Below are positions 9,920-19,368 of a stretch of 64,000 nt of DNA, piece after piece (positions within the stretch are counted from its first letter, which is position 1; each line of letters opens with the position of its first letter). The stretch is from an uncultured Alphaproteobacteria bacterium. GTDB taxonomy: Bacteria > Pseudomonadota > Alphaproteobacteria > HIMB59. A program made the translations under genes and the position numbers. The notes beneath the pieces are model-generated. The model was not told the origin of the DNA. It was given only the letters and a program-made list of their open reading frames with translations, and did no database searches. Where the stretch lies: positions 164,543 to 228,542 of the forward strand of contig CACJLA010000001.1 of assembly GCA_902594145.1 (NCBI GenBank), read 5' to 3'.

Positions 9920-10708
9920 ATGCAAATCAAAAAACATCGATCCATATTCATTTCAGACATTCATATTGGCATACGTGCTTCAAAAGTAAAGGAGCTCTTA
10001 CACTTTTTAAAATATAATGATTGTGATCATCTTTATTTACTTGGAGATATTATAGACGGATGGCGTCTAAAAAAAAATTGGTTTTGGAATCCTGATTTTA
10101 ATACTTTCATACAAAAAGTTTTACGAAAAGCACGCGCAGGTACCAAAGTCTATTATATACCTGGAAACCATGATGAAGTTTTTTCAGATTATTGTGGTTT
10201 TTCATTTGCAAACATTAAAGTTCGAAAAAATAGAATTCATACAACAGCGAACAATAAAAGACTTCTCTTAATGCATGGGCATGAATTTGATGGAATAGTT
10301 CTAAATTCAAAATGGTTAGCAAAGATAGGTGCCGTCCTTTATGACTACTCTGTTTGGTTTAATAATATTTTAAATTTCTGTCGAAGAAAACTTGGTCTTT
10401 CGTATTGGTCTTTATCAGGATATTTAAAAACACGAGTAAAAGATGCTCAACGATATATTGAAAATTTTGAAAATGCATGTCTTGAGAGAATAAAAAAAAA
10501 TAATTGTGATGGAATTGTTTGTGGTCATATTCACCATCCCCAAATAAAAAAAATTGGTGATAAGACATATCATAATCTAGGAGATTGGGTAGATAGCTGT
10601 AGTGCAATGGTTGAGGACTTTAAAGGCAACTTGGAGTTAGTCTTTTGGAATGAAAAAAAAATCCAGTCTTTAGAAAAACAAACTCTTAATAAGGTATCTG
10701 CAGCTTGA
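9920..10708 (+). CDS. plcP: Mn-dependent phospholipase C for P-starvation lipid remodelling (LpxH-like metallophosphoesterase)
   Basis: SDIHIG, GDIID, GNHD (His as in PlcP, versus GNRD in LpxH), HGH, CGHIH, GDWV; adjacent GT4 gene and Pho-like box. Confidence 0.85.
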   Translation: MQIKKHRSIFISDIHIGIRASKVKELLHFLKYNDCDHLYLLGDIIDGWRLKKNWFWNPDFNTFIQKVLRKARAGTKVYYIPGNHDEVFSDYCGFSFANIKVRKNRIHTTANNKRLLLMHGHEFDGIVLNSKWLAKIGAVLYDYSVWFNNILNFCRRKLGLSYWSLSGYLKTRVKDAQRYIENFENACLERIKKNNCDGIVCGHIHHPQIKKIGDKTYHNLGDWVDSCSAMVEDFKGNLELVFWNEKKIQSLEKQTLNKVSAA

Positions 10709-11697
10709 AATTATTATTAGTAACAGATGCATGGAAACCTCAGGTAAACGGCGTCGTCCGTTCTTATCTGAATACCATACCGGAATTGGAAAAAATGGGT
10801 ATGCAGGTAGAGGTAATACACCCTGAGTTATTTAAAGTTCGCTTTGGCCTTCCTTCGTATAATGAGATTAAAGTTGTGATTACTCGCAAAAAAACATTGA
10901 AAAATATGATGGATCAGATCAATCCTGATCATATTCACATTGCTACAGAGGGGCCCCTAGGTTTTTTGGCCAGAAAAATATGTCTTTCAGAAAAAATTAT
11001 TTTTACAACTTCATTTCATACTCGTTTCCCTGAGTATATTCAACAACGTATAAAAATACCTGCAAGTTTCTTTTATTTCTTCATAAAGCATTTTCACAAT
11101 AAAGCGAAAAAAGTTCTTGTTCCTACCCCATCCATGCAGGCTGAATTAATAAATATGAATTTTAAAAATACCGTTGTTTGGTCAAGAGGTGTCGATCATC
11201 AAAAATTTGGCAACTATCAAAAATTAGACTTAGGCCCAGGACCAATATTTTCTTATATCGGTCGAGTGGCTACTGAAAAAAATATTCAAGCTTTTTTAGA
11301 TTTAGATTTAGAAGGTACTAAAGTTGTCGTTGGCGATGGACCACAGTTAAATAAACTAAAAAAAAAATATACAGATATAAAATTTGTTGGTTACCAGTTT
11401 GGCCAGAATTTAGTGAATTACTATGCTAGTTCAGATGTAATGGTTTTCCCTAGCAAGACTGATACCTTTGGAAATGTGGTAACTGAGGCAAATGCAACCG
11501 GCACACCAGTCGCTGCTTATGATGTAACAGGTCCTAAAGATATTATTGTTAATGGGGTCAACGGTTTTATTGGTGATAACTTAAAAGATAATGTTTTGAA
11601 TTGTTTGACTATCGATCGAAAAAAATGTCAAGAATATACAAAAAAATTTAACTGGTATGAGTGTTCCAAGGTTTTTTATGATAATATTGTGGCTTGA
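10705..11697 (+). CDS. agt: GT4 glycosyltransferase, likely DAG glycosyl/glucuronosyl transferase
   Basis: VTDAWKPQVNGVV, HIATEGPLG, FHTRFPEY, FPSKTDTFG; TTGA overlap with plcP. Confidence 0.82.
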   Translation: MKLLLVTDAWKPQVNGVVRSYLNTIPELEKMGMQVEVIHPELFKVRFGLPSYNEIKVVITRKKTLKNMMDQINPDHIHIATEGPLGFLARKICLSEKIIFTTSFHTRFPEYIQQRIKIPASFFYFFIKHFHNKAKKVLVPTPSMQAELINMNFKNTVVWSRGVDHQKFGNYQKLDLGPGPIFSYIGRVATEKNIQAFLDLDLEGTKVVVGDGPQLNKLKKKYTDIKFVGYQFGQNLVNYYASSDVMVFPSKTDTFGNVVTEANATGTPVAAYDVTGPKDIIVNGVNGFIGDNLKDNVLNCLTIDRKKCQEYTKKFNWYECSKVFYDNIVA

Positions 11698-12173
11698 ACT
11701 TTACACATACTCTATCTGATTCTAAAAATTGGATTATCAATCATAAAGACCAACTAGAGATTAATTGGAGTGAAAAAGATATTGAGCTTCACCTCAATAA
11801 AGAAACAAGTTTTAATATTTATCTTCTAGATCAAACTAACGTCAAAGGTGCTTTGATAGGACATTTTTTATATCAAGATCAAAAGGTCAGTGAATTTGAA
11901 ATTTTACATATTGCTGTTTTGCCTGAATTTAGAAACCAAGGGTTGGGAAGAATGATTTTAGAAGAGCTTGAAAAACAACTCAAAAGTACTGGAAAATCAT
12001 TTAAAATCTTTCTGGAAGCGAGTGCTCTTAATAATTTTGCTATTAAACTTTATGAAAAATTAGGCTATAAAGCCTACAATGAAAGAAAAAACTATTACCG
12101 GAGTAAGTCTATAAACGCTCCAAATACGCAAGACGCAATTTTGTTTGCAAAATCCCTTAATGCCATCAAATAA
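11694..12173 (+). CDS. rimI: RimI-like GNAT acetyltransferase
   Basis: EILHIAV..FRNQGLG, FLEA, LYEKLGY, RKNYY; precedes miaB. Confidence 0.75.
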   Translation: MNFTHTLSDSKNWIINHKDQLEINWSEKDIELHLNKETSFNIYLLDQTNVKGALIGHFLYQDQKVSEFEILHIAVLPEFRNQGLGRMILEELEKQLKSTGKSFKIFLEASALNNFAIKLYEKLGYKAYNERKNYYRSKSINAPNTQDAILFAKSLNAIK

Positions 12174-13473
12174 GAAATTTTATATTAGAACATTTGGTTG
12201 TCAGATGAATGTTTATGACTCTGATAAAATGAAAGATATTTTTCTATCGCATAATATTAATCAAACCGATGACTTTCAAAATGCAGACTATGTAGTTTTA
12301 AATACTTGCCATATCCGTGAAAAGGCAACAGAAAAAACATTTTCAGATTTAGGAAAAATTCACAAAAAAGGTAAAGAAGATCAAAAAGTTATTGTTGCCG
12401 GCTGTGTAGCTCAAGCTGAAGGTGAATTAATTCAAAAAAGGGCACCTTACGTGGACTTAGTGATCGGACCACAATCTATTCAGTCATTAAATAAATTTTT
12501 AGATAAAAATAACTTACCTAAGACATCTATCACTGAATTTGATGTGAATGAAAAATTTGACACACTCAATCATATTAAAACGAATACATCGAATAAATCT
12601 GCATTTGTGACTATTCAAGAAGGTTGTGATAAGTTTTGTCATTTCTGCGTTGTTCCCTATACAAGAGGATCAGAATATTCAAGAACAGTTAAGGAAATCT
12701 CTGATGAGGTTAAATCTTTAATTGATCAGGGGGTGGTGGAATTCACACTTTTAGGTCAAAATGTTAATGCCTATCATGGTTTAGATACTCAAGGTCAATC
12801 AAATAATCTAGCATCTCTTATTAACAGTATTAGTTTAATAGATGGAGTTGAAAGAATTACTTATTCTACAAGTCACCCTGTGAATATGACTGATGATCTA
12901 ATTTCCCTTCATGGTGAAAACTCTAAACTTATGCCCTATCTTCACCTCCCAGTTCAATCAGGATCTGACAAAGTCTTAAAGCTGATGAACAGAAAGCACA
13001 CAAGAGATTACTACTTTGAAATCATCGAAAAAGTAAGAAAAGTCAAACCTGACATAGCTCTCTCTTCAGATTTTATTATTGGTTTTCCAGGAGAAACTGA
13101 CAAAGACTTTGAAGACACAATCGATCTAATTGAAAGAGTTAAATATATGAACTCCTACTCTTTTAAGTATAGCCCGAGGCCAGGTACCCCCGCGGCCGAT
13201 CGTGAGGAAATAGATGAAGAGATCTTAAATGAACGTTTAAAGATCACACAAGATCTATTAAACGAACAACAAATTAAATACAACAACCAGTTTGTAAAGA
13301 AAACGGTGCAAGTTTTAATCAATGGTGCCGGTAATCGATCAGGACAAATCAAAGGGAAGTCACAATTTAATCAAAGTGTAGCGCTTCAAGGTGAAAAAGA
13401 GACTATCGGTCAAATAATTCCTGTACAAATTAAAGAGGTTTTAACACACTCTTTACTTGGAGAACAAATTTAA
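12160..13473 (+). CDS. miaB: tRNA methylthiotransferase
   Basis: TFGCQMN, NTCHIREKA, CDKFCHFC radical-SAM motif, C-terminal TRAM domain. ATG 12160 preferred. Confidence 0.96.
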   Translation: MPSNKKFYIRTFGCQMNVYDSDKMKDIFLSHNINQTDDFQNADYVVLNTCHIREKATEKTFSDLGKIHKKGKEDQKVIVAGCVAQAEGELIQKRAPYVDLVIGPQSIQSLNKFLDKNNLPKTSITEFDVNEKFDTLNHIKTNTSNKSAFVTIQEGCDKFCHFCVVPYTRGSEYSRTVKEISDEVKSLIDQGVVEFTLLGQNVNAYHGLDTQGQSNNLASLINSISLIDGVERITYSTSHPVNMTDDLISLHGENSKLMPYLHLPVQSGSDKVLKLMNRKHTRDYYFEIIEKVRKVKPDIALSSDFIIGFPGETDKDFEDTIDLIERVKYMNSYSFKYSPRPGTPAADREEIDEEILNERLKITQDLLNEQQIKYNNQFVKKTVQVLINGAGNRSGQIKGKSQFNQSVALQGEKETIGQIIPVQIKEVLTHSLLGEQI

Positions 13474-14430
13474 TTGAGTCCTGTAAATATTTCTTCTCAT
13501 CAAAAGCAATTAGAGTTTGAGGATAATCAATTTCTCTCAAGCTTATTTGGGTATCACGATAAAAATTTAAAAGTTTTAGAAAACAAATTCAAAGTAAAGC
13601 TTTATACTAGAGGTAATCTTTTATCTATCAAAGGAAACCGAGATCCAGTTGAAAAAGCATATTTTATAATTGAAGGTTTATACAAAAAATTAAAAAATAA
13701 TGATATTTCTGCAGAGGAAATTGAAAGCAATATTGATTTAGCAAAGCCTACCTATATCAAAGAGCAAATCGAACAAGATCAAAAGTTTCAAATTAATACA
13801 AAATTAAAAACAATTTATCCAAAGACTAAAAACCAAGAAATCTTTTTAAAAGAGATGAGATCAAAAGATATTGTTTTTGCAGTTGGTCCTGCTGGTACAG
13901 GTAAAACATATTTAGCTGTTGCTTATGCAGTAAGTTTGTTTGTTGAAGGTAAAATTAATCGCTTGATATTATCAAGACCTGCTGTTGAAGCGGGAGAGCG
14001 ACTTGGTTTTTTACCAGGAGATATGAAAGAGAAGATAGATCCTTATCTGCGTCCTTTGTATGACGCTTTATATGAAATGATGCCAGGTGAGGAAATTGAC
14101 CGAAAAATGGTCAATAACTTAATAGAAATTGCTCCCCTCGCTTTTATGAGAGGAAGAACCTTGAATAAATCCTTTATCATTTTAGATGAAGCACAAAATA
14201 CATTATCCACACAGATGAAAATGTTTCTAACTAGATTAGGGCAAAATTCAAAAATGGTGATCACAGGAGATTTAAGTCAGAAAGATTTACCCGATAATGC
14301 AAAAAGTGGAATGCAGGATGCGATGGAAAAATTAGAAAAAGTAAAAGATATTGGCTTTGTACATTTAAATAGTAGTGATGTGTGTCGACATACATTAGTT
14401 GAAAAAATAATTAATGCTTACGATAAGTAA
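13474..14430 (+). CDS. phoH: PhoH-family ATPase (YbeZ)
   Basis: GPAGTGKT, RPAVEAGERLGFLPG, LAFMRGRT, DEAQN. Confidence 0.95.
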   Translation: MSPVNISSHQKQLEFEDNQFLSSLFGYHDKNLKVLENKFKVKLYTRGNLLSIKGNRDPVEKAYFIIEGLYKKLKNNDISAEEIESNIDLAKPTYIKEQIEQDQKFQINTKLKTIYPKTKNQEIFLKEMRSKDIVFAVGPAGTGKTYLAVAYAVSLFVEGKINRLILSRPAVEAGERLGFLPGDMKEKIDPYLRPLYDALYEMMPGEEIDRKMVNNLIEIAPLAFMRGRTLNKSFIILDEAQNTLSTQMKMFLTRLGQNSKMVITGDLSQKDLPDNAKSGMQDAMEKLEKVKDIGFVHLNSSDVCRHTLVEKIINAYDK

Positions 14431-14432
14431 TT

Positions 14433-14882
14433 TTGAGGATTAGTAACAAAAAATTTGTGATAGAGATAATCGGAGACGATAATTTAGAAAAATTTCTTAA
14501 AAGCTCAAAAGAAAAAATTAAAAAATTATCAGAATACTTTCAAACGATTCATCAAGTAGATCACAAAACACAAGTTACAATAAAAATAGTTTCGAATGAT
14601 GAAATAAAAAGTATGAATAAAAATTTTAGAAAAAAAAATAAAATAACAGATGTACTATCTTTTCCTGATGGAGACTTTGCAGGTGATATAGCTATTGCAG
14701 ACAGTTATATTTTAAATAAAAATAAAAAAATTAATGAACAAAATTTTTTTATGCTTGTGAGCCATGGATTACATCATCTATTTGGTTATGATCACTATGA
14801 TAAACAATCAAGAAGCAATATGAGATTCTTAGAGAATACTTTTATGAAATTTTTAGGTTTAAAAAAAGTACATGAAAATTAA
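14433..14882 (+). CDS. ybeY: rRNA maturation endoribonuclease
   Basis: TDVLSFP and HGLHHLFGYDH. Confidence 0.9.
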   Translation: MRISNKKFVIEIIGDDNLEKFLKSSKEKIKKLSEYFQTIHQVDHKTQVTIKIVSNDEIKSMNKNFRKKNKITDVLSFPDGDFAGDIAIADSYILNKNKKINEQNFFMLVSHGLHHLFGYDHYDKQSRSNMRFLENTFMKFLGLKKVHEN

Positions 14883-15699
14883 AAAAAATTTAGCAATTAA
14901 ATTAGTCAAAGAACTAATACAAGATGAAAACTTTAAAAAAGATATTATAGACCTCATTTCTGCAACATCGGACAGCTCAGGGATTGCAAAAAGTGAGGAG
15001 AAGAAGATTTTTAATAATCTTTTGAAGGTACACAAAAAAACGGTTGATGATGTTATGGTGCCCAGGGGTGAGATAATTTTTATCGATCAAAACATTAACA
15101 AAGAAAATATCATTAAAATTATTAACAAAGAAGCACACTCAAGGATGCCTGTGGTAAAAAATGACTTAGAGCATTGCTTAGGAATGGTTCACATTAAAGA
15201 CTTATTTAAAAAAATTAATAATAAATCTTTTAATATCAAGAGTTTACTGAGAGAGGTTATCTATATTCCTTCAGCGACACCAGTTTTCAACCTCCTACAA
15301 AAAATGAAAAAACAAAACATTCACTTAGCAATTGTGATGGATGAATTTAATAGTGTGACGGGTTTGGTTACCATTGAAGACCTAGTGGAAGAAATTGTTG
15401 GTGAGATTGAAGATGAGCATGATAAGGACGAAGCGCCAATGTACCGACAGAAGAACGAGAACATTATCATGGACGCTGCAATGTTAGTGGATGATTTCGA
15501 GAGGGAATTTGATGTAGATATCCCTGAGGACTTAAAAGAGGACGTTGGAACAATAGGCGGTATAATATTCAATATGGCAGGGCGTATCCCCAAGAAAAAA
15601 GAAAAATTCACAATTAATAAAAAATTATCTTTCACCATTCACAAGGTATCAACAAGAAAAATTCTTGAAGTTGTGGTCAGTGGTGTTAAATCTCATTAA
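14872..15699 (+). CDS. corC: CBS-domain CorC/HlyC Mg/Co transport-associated protein
   Basis: DVMVPR, HSRMPV, GLVTIEDLVEEIVGEIEDEHD. Confidence 0.88.
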   Translation: MKIKKNLAIKLVKELIQDENFKKDIIDLISATSDSSGIAKSEEKKIFNNLLKVHKKTVDDVMVPRGEIIFIDQNINKENIIKIINKEAHSRMPVVKNDLEHCLGMVHIKDLFKKINNKSFNIKSLLREVIYIPSATPVFNLLQKMKKQNIHLAIVMDEFNSVTGLVTIEDLVEEIVGEIEDEHDKDEAPMYRQKNENIIMDAAMLVDDFEREFDVDIPEDLKEDVGTIGGIIFNMAGRIPKKKEKFTINKKLSFTIHKVSTRKILEVVVSGVKSH

Positions 15700-17179
15700 C
15701 TTATTAAGCTCTATATCTAGGCCATCATACCTAATAATTATTTGTTCTGTTTTATATATATTTTCACTTCCCCCGTTTGGTATATCTTTTTTCTATTATT
15801 TGTCTTTTGTAATATTTTTTTTAAATATTTTAAAAAGTGATGTTTTTTTTAAAAAAAAAATATTTTATTTTTTTTTAGTAACCCAATTAGTTACTCTTAG
15901 CTGGATTATCCAGTCATTTTATTCAGGAGGGACAGGATATTTATTTTTAGGAATAATTTTAATCTCTATCCTCTCTTTGTTTGTCGCATTTTTACACTAT
16001 TCAGCAACTATTTTAATTTTAACGCTCTATAAAAAAAAATTATTTCTAATTTTTTTACTTCCTCTAGGCCTCTCTATAATTGAGTTATTAAAAGAATTTA
16101 TCTTTGGGGGCTTTCCTTGGAATCCCTCAGCGATTATTTACTACAAAAATATTTGGATTTTAAAATCCTTACCTTATCTAGGCGTATATGGCTTAGGTCT
16201 TGTGGTTCATTTGATAGTTGGTTTAATGATTTATTTTCTTTATTACAAAAATAAAATCATACCTACTGTTTTATTAGCACTAAGTATTTTCTTTTATTTT
16301 TTTGGCTTTATTGAAAACAATAATGTTAAAAAAACAGAAAATGAGACACTTAATATACTTTTAATACAGCCCAATCTCTATGAGTCATTAGTTGAGTTTG
16401 ATGTCCTTAAAAATATTGAAAAATATGAACAATTAACAATTGAAGCCCTTTCAAAATCACCAAAAACAGATTTAATTATCTGGCCGGAGGGGTCCTTACC
16501 TATTGATTTAAATAATAGGGTTGGACTACTGAGTAGAGTATCCTCGTTGATTAGTGAAGATCAAAAAATAATAGTTGGCTCAAGCGCCATTGAAGAGGAT
16601 CAATTATTTAATCGTATGTATGTTATTGATCATCAGGGAAAGATCATAGATTTTTATGATAAACAAAAATTAGTTTTATTTGGTGAATACATACCTTTTA
16701 TAAAACCCTTGGTGAGTAAGTTTTTAAACTTAGGAATGAATTATACACCAGGTAATGTTCAAAAAACTCTTAATCTACCCAAAGATGTAAATGCTATCCC
16801 CATGATTTGTTTTGAGTCAATATTCAATTATCAATCTATTAATAAAGAGATTTGTGGCTCAGATATGGTCATACAAACTTCAAATGACTCTTGGTTTGGT
16901 AAATGGTATGGACCCCATCAACATCTAGCAAACTCTCTTTTACGAAGTGTTGAATTTCAAAAACCTCTCATTAGATCAACACCCTCCGGCATAACTTCTA
17001 TAGTGGATCATTCAGGTAAAATTATTCAAACTATTGCAAGTAATAAAAAAGGCTATCTGTATTACCAACACCCAATTACTAAAAACCAATCTATCTGCTC
17101 CTCAACACTAAACTCAGTGATGGTTTTACTTTTCTTAATTTTTTTATTTAGTTTTTTATATGTTCGAATCAAAAAATAA
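15665..17179 (+). CDS. lnt: Apolipoprotein N-acyltransferase (start uncertain)
   Basis: GGFPWN, WPEG, KQKLVLFGEY, ICFES, NDSWFG. Confidence 0.92.
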   Translation: MKLWSVVLNLINLLSSISRPSYLIIICSVLYIFSLPPFGISFFYYLSFVIFFLNILKSDVFFKKKIFYFFLVTQLVTLSWIIQSFYSGGTGYLFLGIILISILSLFVAFLHYSATILILTLYKKKLFLIFLLPLGLSIIELLKEFIFGGFPWNPSAIIYYKNIWILKSLPYLGVYGLGLVVHLIVGLMIYFLYYKNKIIPTVLLALSIFFYFFGFIENNNVKKTENETLNILLIQPNLYESLVEFDVLKNIEKYEQLTIEALSKSPKTDLIIWPEGSLPIDLNNRVGLLSRVSSLISEDQKIIVGSSAIEEDQLFNRMYVIDHQGKIIDFYDKQKLVLFGEYIPFIKPLVSKFLNLGMNYTPGNVQKTLNLPKDVNAIPMICFESIFNYQSINKEICGSDMVIQTSNDSWFGKWYGPHQHLANSLLRSVEFQKPLIRSTPSGITSIVDHSGKIIQTIASNKKGYLYYQHPITKNQSICSSTLNSVMVLLFLIFLFSFLYVRIKK

Positions 17180-17804
17180 ATATTTTGGAAGAAAGAAAGG
17201 CAAGTCGTTTGTAAGACTCGAACAGTACGCAAAGTATCTTGTTGAACCCAAAAAAACATTATTTAACAAAATTAAAACTCCCAGAATTTTAGAAATTGGA
17301 ATAGGGGATGGAGAAAAAATAAGTGAAGATGCAAAATCTAATTCTAAAGCAAACTTTATAGGTTGTGATATTTTTGCTGATGGAGTGTTGAGAGCTATTC
17401 GAAACTCTGTTGATCATAAATTAAAGAACCTTCAAGTATTTCATTTAAACATCCAAGAGTTGTTACCTTTAATGCCAGATAACTATTTTGGGGAAATAAG
17501 GATATATTTTCCTGACCCTTGGCCAAAAAATAGGCATAAAAAAAGGCGAACCGTTAACCAAACACTTGTCAAAGACCTTACTAAAAAACTCAAAAAAAAA
17601 GGCTTTATTCGTTTTGCAACAGACCATGGTGATTATTTTATTGAAGCATTGGCTTTGATGAAAAAATTTAAATACACCATGCCAAATATTAGCCCGAAAT
17701 CTTGGGAATACAGTGATTCCAATGCTTTACACACTAAATTCGAGAAAAAAGCCTTAGACAAAAATCATAAATTATTCTATTTTAGCGTTCTTAAAAATTA
17801 TTAA
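17160..17804 (+). CDS. trmB: tRNA (guanine-N7) methyltransferase
   Basis: LEIGIGDG, FPDPWPKNRHKKRR, ATD, TKFEKK. Confidence 0.94.
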   Translation: MFESKNKYFGRKKGKSFVRLEQYAKYLVEPKKTLFNKIKTPRILEIGIGDGEKISEDAKSNSKANFIGCDIFADGVLRAIRNSVDHKLKNLQVFHLNIQELLPLMPDNYFGEIRIYFPDPWPKNRHKKRRTVNQTLVKDLTKKLKKKGFIRFATDHGDYFIEALALMKKFKYTMPNISPKSWEYSDSNALHTKFEKKALDKNHKLFYFSVLKNY

Positions 17805-17812
17805 CCAACAAT

Positions 17813-17842
17813 GAGGAGGTGGGTTATCCCGCCTTTTTTTTT
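17813..17842 (+). terminator. rimP-leader-type attenuator hairpin upstream of nusA
   Basis: gaggtggg-ttat-cccgcctt followed by a T tract, ending 14 nt before the nusA ATG. Confidence 0.7.
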
Positions 17843-17856
17843 AACTAGAAAAGATA

Positions 17857-19359
17857 ATGCTAAATAACACAGAAATATTAAAAATTGCCGAAGTCGTCTC
17901 ACAAGAGAAGGGCATCGAAATGGACATAGTCATGAAGGCTCTTGAGGAGTCTTTTGAAATAATTGGAAAGTCAAAATATGGTATGGATAATAATATCAAA
18001 GCAGTGATTGATCGAATGACTGGTAATATCAGTTTATCCCATATTAAAGATGTAGTTGAAACAATTGACCCTGTTTTACAGTCTAATCAAATTTTATTAG
18101 ATCATGCAAAAAAGTATGATGCTAATACAGAAGTTGGAAAACAAATAACAATTCCTTTGCCTTCAGTTAATTTTGGACGAGTTACAGCCAACATGGCAAG
18201 ACAAGTAATTTATTCAAGAGTAAGAGAGGCAGAAAAAAGTAGACAGTTTAATGACTTCAAAGACCGTGTTGGAGAAGTCCTATCAGGAATTGTTAAAAGA
18301 ATTGAATTTGGAAATATAATTGTTGACCTTGGTAAAGCAGAGGGATTTTTGAGAAAAGATGAACTCATACCAAGAGAAAATTTTAAAAATGGAGATCGCA
18401 TTAGAGCTTATTTTTTTGATATCAAAGAAGAAGCTAAAGGTCATCAAATCTTTCTTTCAAGAACACATCCTCAATTTATGGCAAAATTATTTGAACAAGA
18501 AGTCCCAGAAATTTATGAAGGTCAAATAGAAATTCTATCTGTTGCAAGAGACCCGGGTAGTAGAGGAAAGATTACAGTTCGTGCAAACGATAAGTCCATC
18601 GATCCTGTTGGAGCATGCGTAGGTATGAGAGGCTCTAGAGTCCAAGCTATTGTCAATGAATTACAAGGGGAAAAGATTGATATTGTAAATTGGAATGAAT
18701 TAAAGTCGATGTATGTTCAAAACGCTATCGCTCCCGCACAAGTCGCTAAAGTCAATGAGTTTGAAGACTCTAATCGTGTAGAGATTGTTTTACCTGAAGA
18801 TCAACTCAGCATCGCTATCGGTAGAAGAGGTCAAAACGTTAAATTAGCCTCAATTTTAACTAATTTAGAAATTGATATATTAACAGAAAAAGAAGACGCC
18901 GAGAGAAGACAAGAAGAATTTAAAAAAATTACATCTCTTTTTGCTGAAAAGCTCGACCTCGAAGACATGATCGCACAATTACTAGCGGTTGAGGGATACT
19001 CAAGCATAGAAAAAATAGCTAACGCATCAATTCAAGACATAGAAAAAATTGAAGGCTTTGATAATGAACTTGCAGCTGAGATATATGCTCGTGCAACACA
19101 GTTTATGGAAAATGAAAAAGCAGAACTTGAAAAATTAATCCAAGCTTCAAATTTAGATGATTACATTAAAGGAATATCAGAGTTTGATAATAAAATTTTA
19201 GCTACTTTGATAGAAAATAATATTTTTTCTCGTCAAGACCTTGCTGATTTAGCAACTGATGAACTAGTTGGTAAAGAGGGCATACTCCAAAAAAGAGTTG
19301 AAAAGTCTGCTGCTGAAAAAATTATTATGGACGCTAGGGAGATTTTTCTTAATAGCTAA
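17857..19359 (+). CDS. nusA: Transcription termination factor
   Basis: S1/KH domains: ARDPGSRGK, DPVGACVGMRGSRV, AIGRRGQNVKLA. Confidence 0.97.
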   Translation: MLNNTEILKIAEVVSQEKGIEMDIVMKALEESFEIIGKSKYGMDNNIKAVIDRMTGNISLSHIKDVVETIDPVLQSNQILLDHAKKYDANTEVGKQITIPLPSVNFGRVTANMARQVIYSRVREAEKSRQFNDFKDRVGEVLSGIVKRIEFGNIIVDLGKAEGFLRKDELIPRENFKNGDRIRAYFFDIKEEAKGHQIFLSRTHPQFMAKLFEQEVPEIYEGQIEILSVARDPGSRGKITVRANDKSIDPVGACVGMRGSRVQAIVNELQGEKIDIVNWNELKSMYVQNAIAPAQVAKVNEFEDSNRVEIVLPEDQLSIAIGRRGQNVKLASILTNLEIDILTEKEDAERRQEEFKKITSLFAEKLDLEDMIAQLLAVEGYSSIEKIANASIQDIEKIEGFDNELAAEIYARATQFMENEKAELEKLIQASNLDDYIKGISEFDNKILATLIENNIFSRQDLADLATDELVGKEGILQKRVEKSAAEKIIMDAREIFLNS

Positions 19360-19368
19360 ATTTTTTGA

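Noticed and set aside
9920-10708. LpxH (lipid A UDP-diacylglucosamine hydrolase) call
   Set aside because: GNHD rather than GNRD, the GT4 partner and the Pho-like box favour PlcP.
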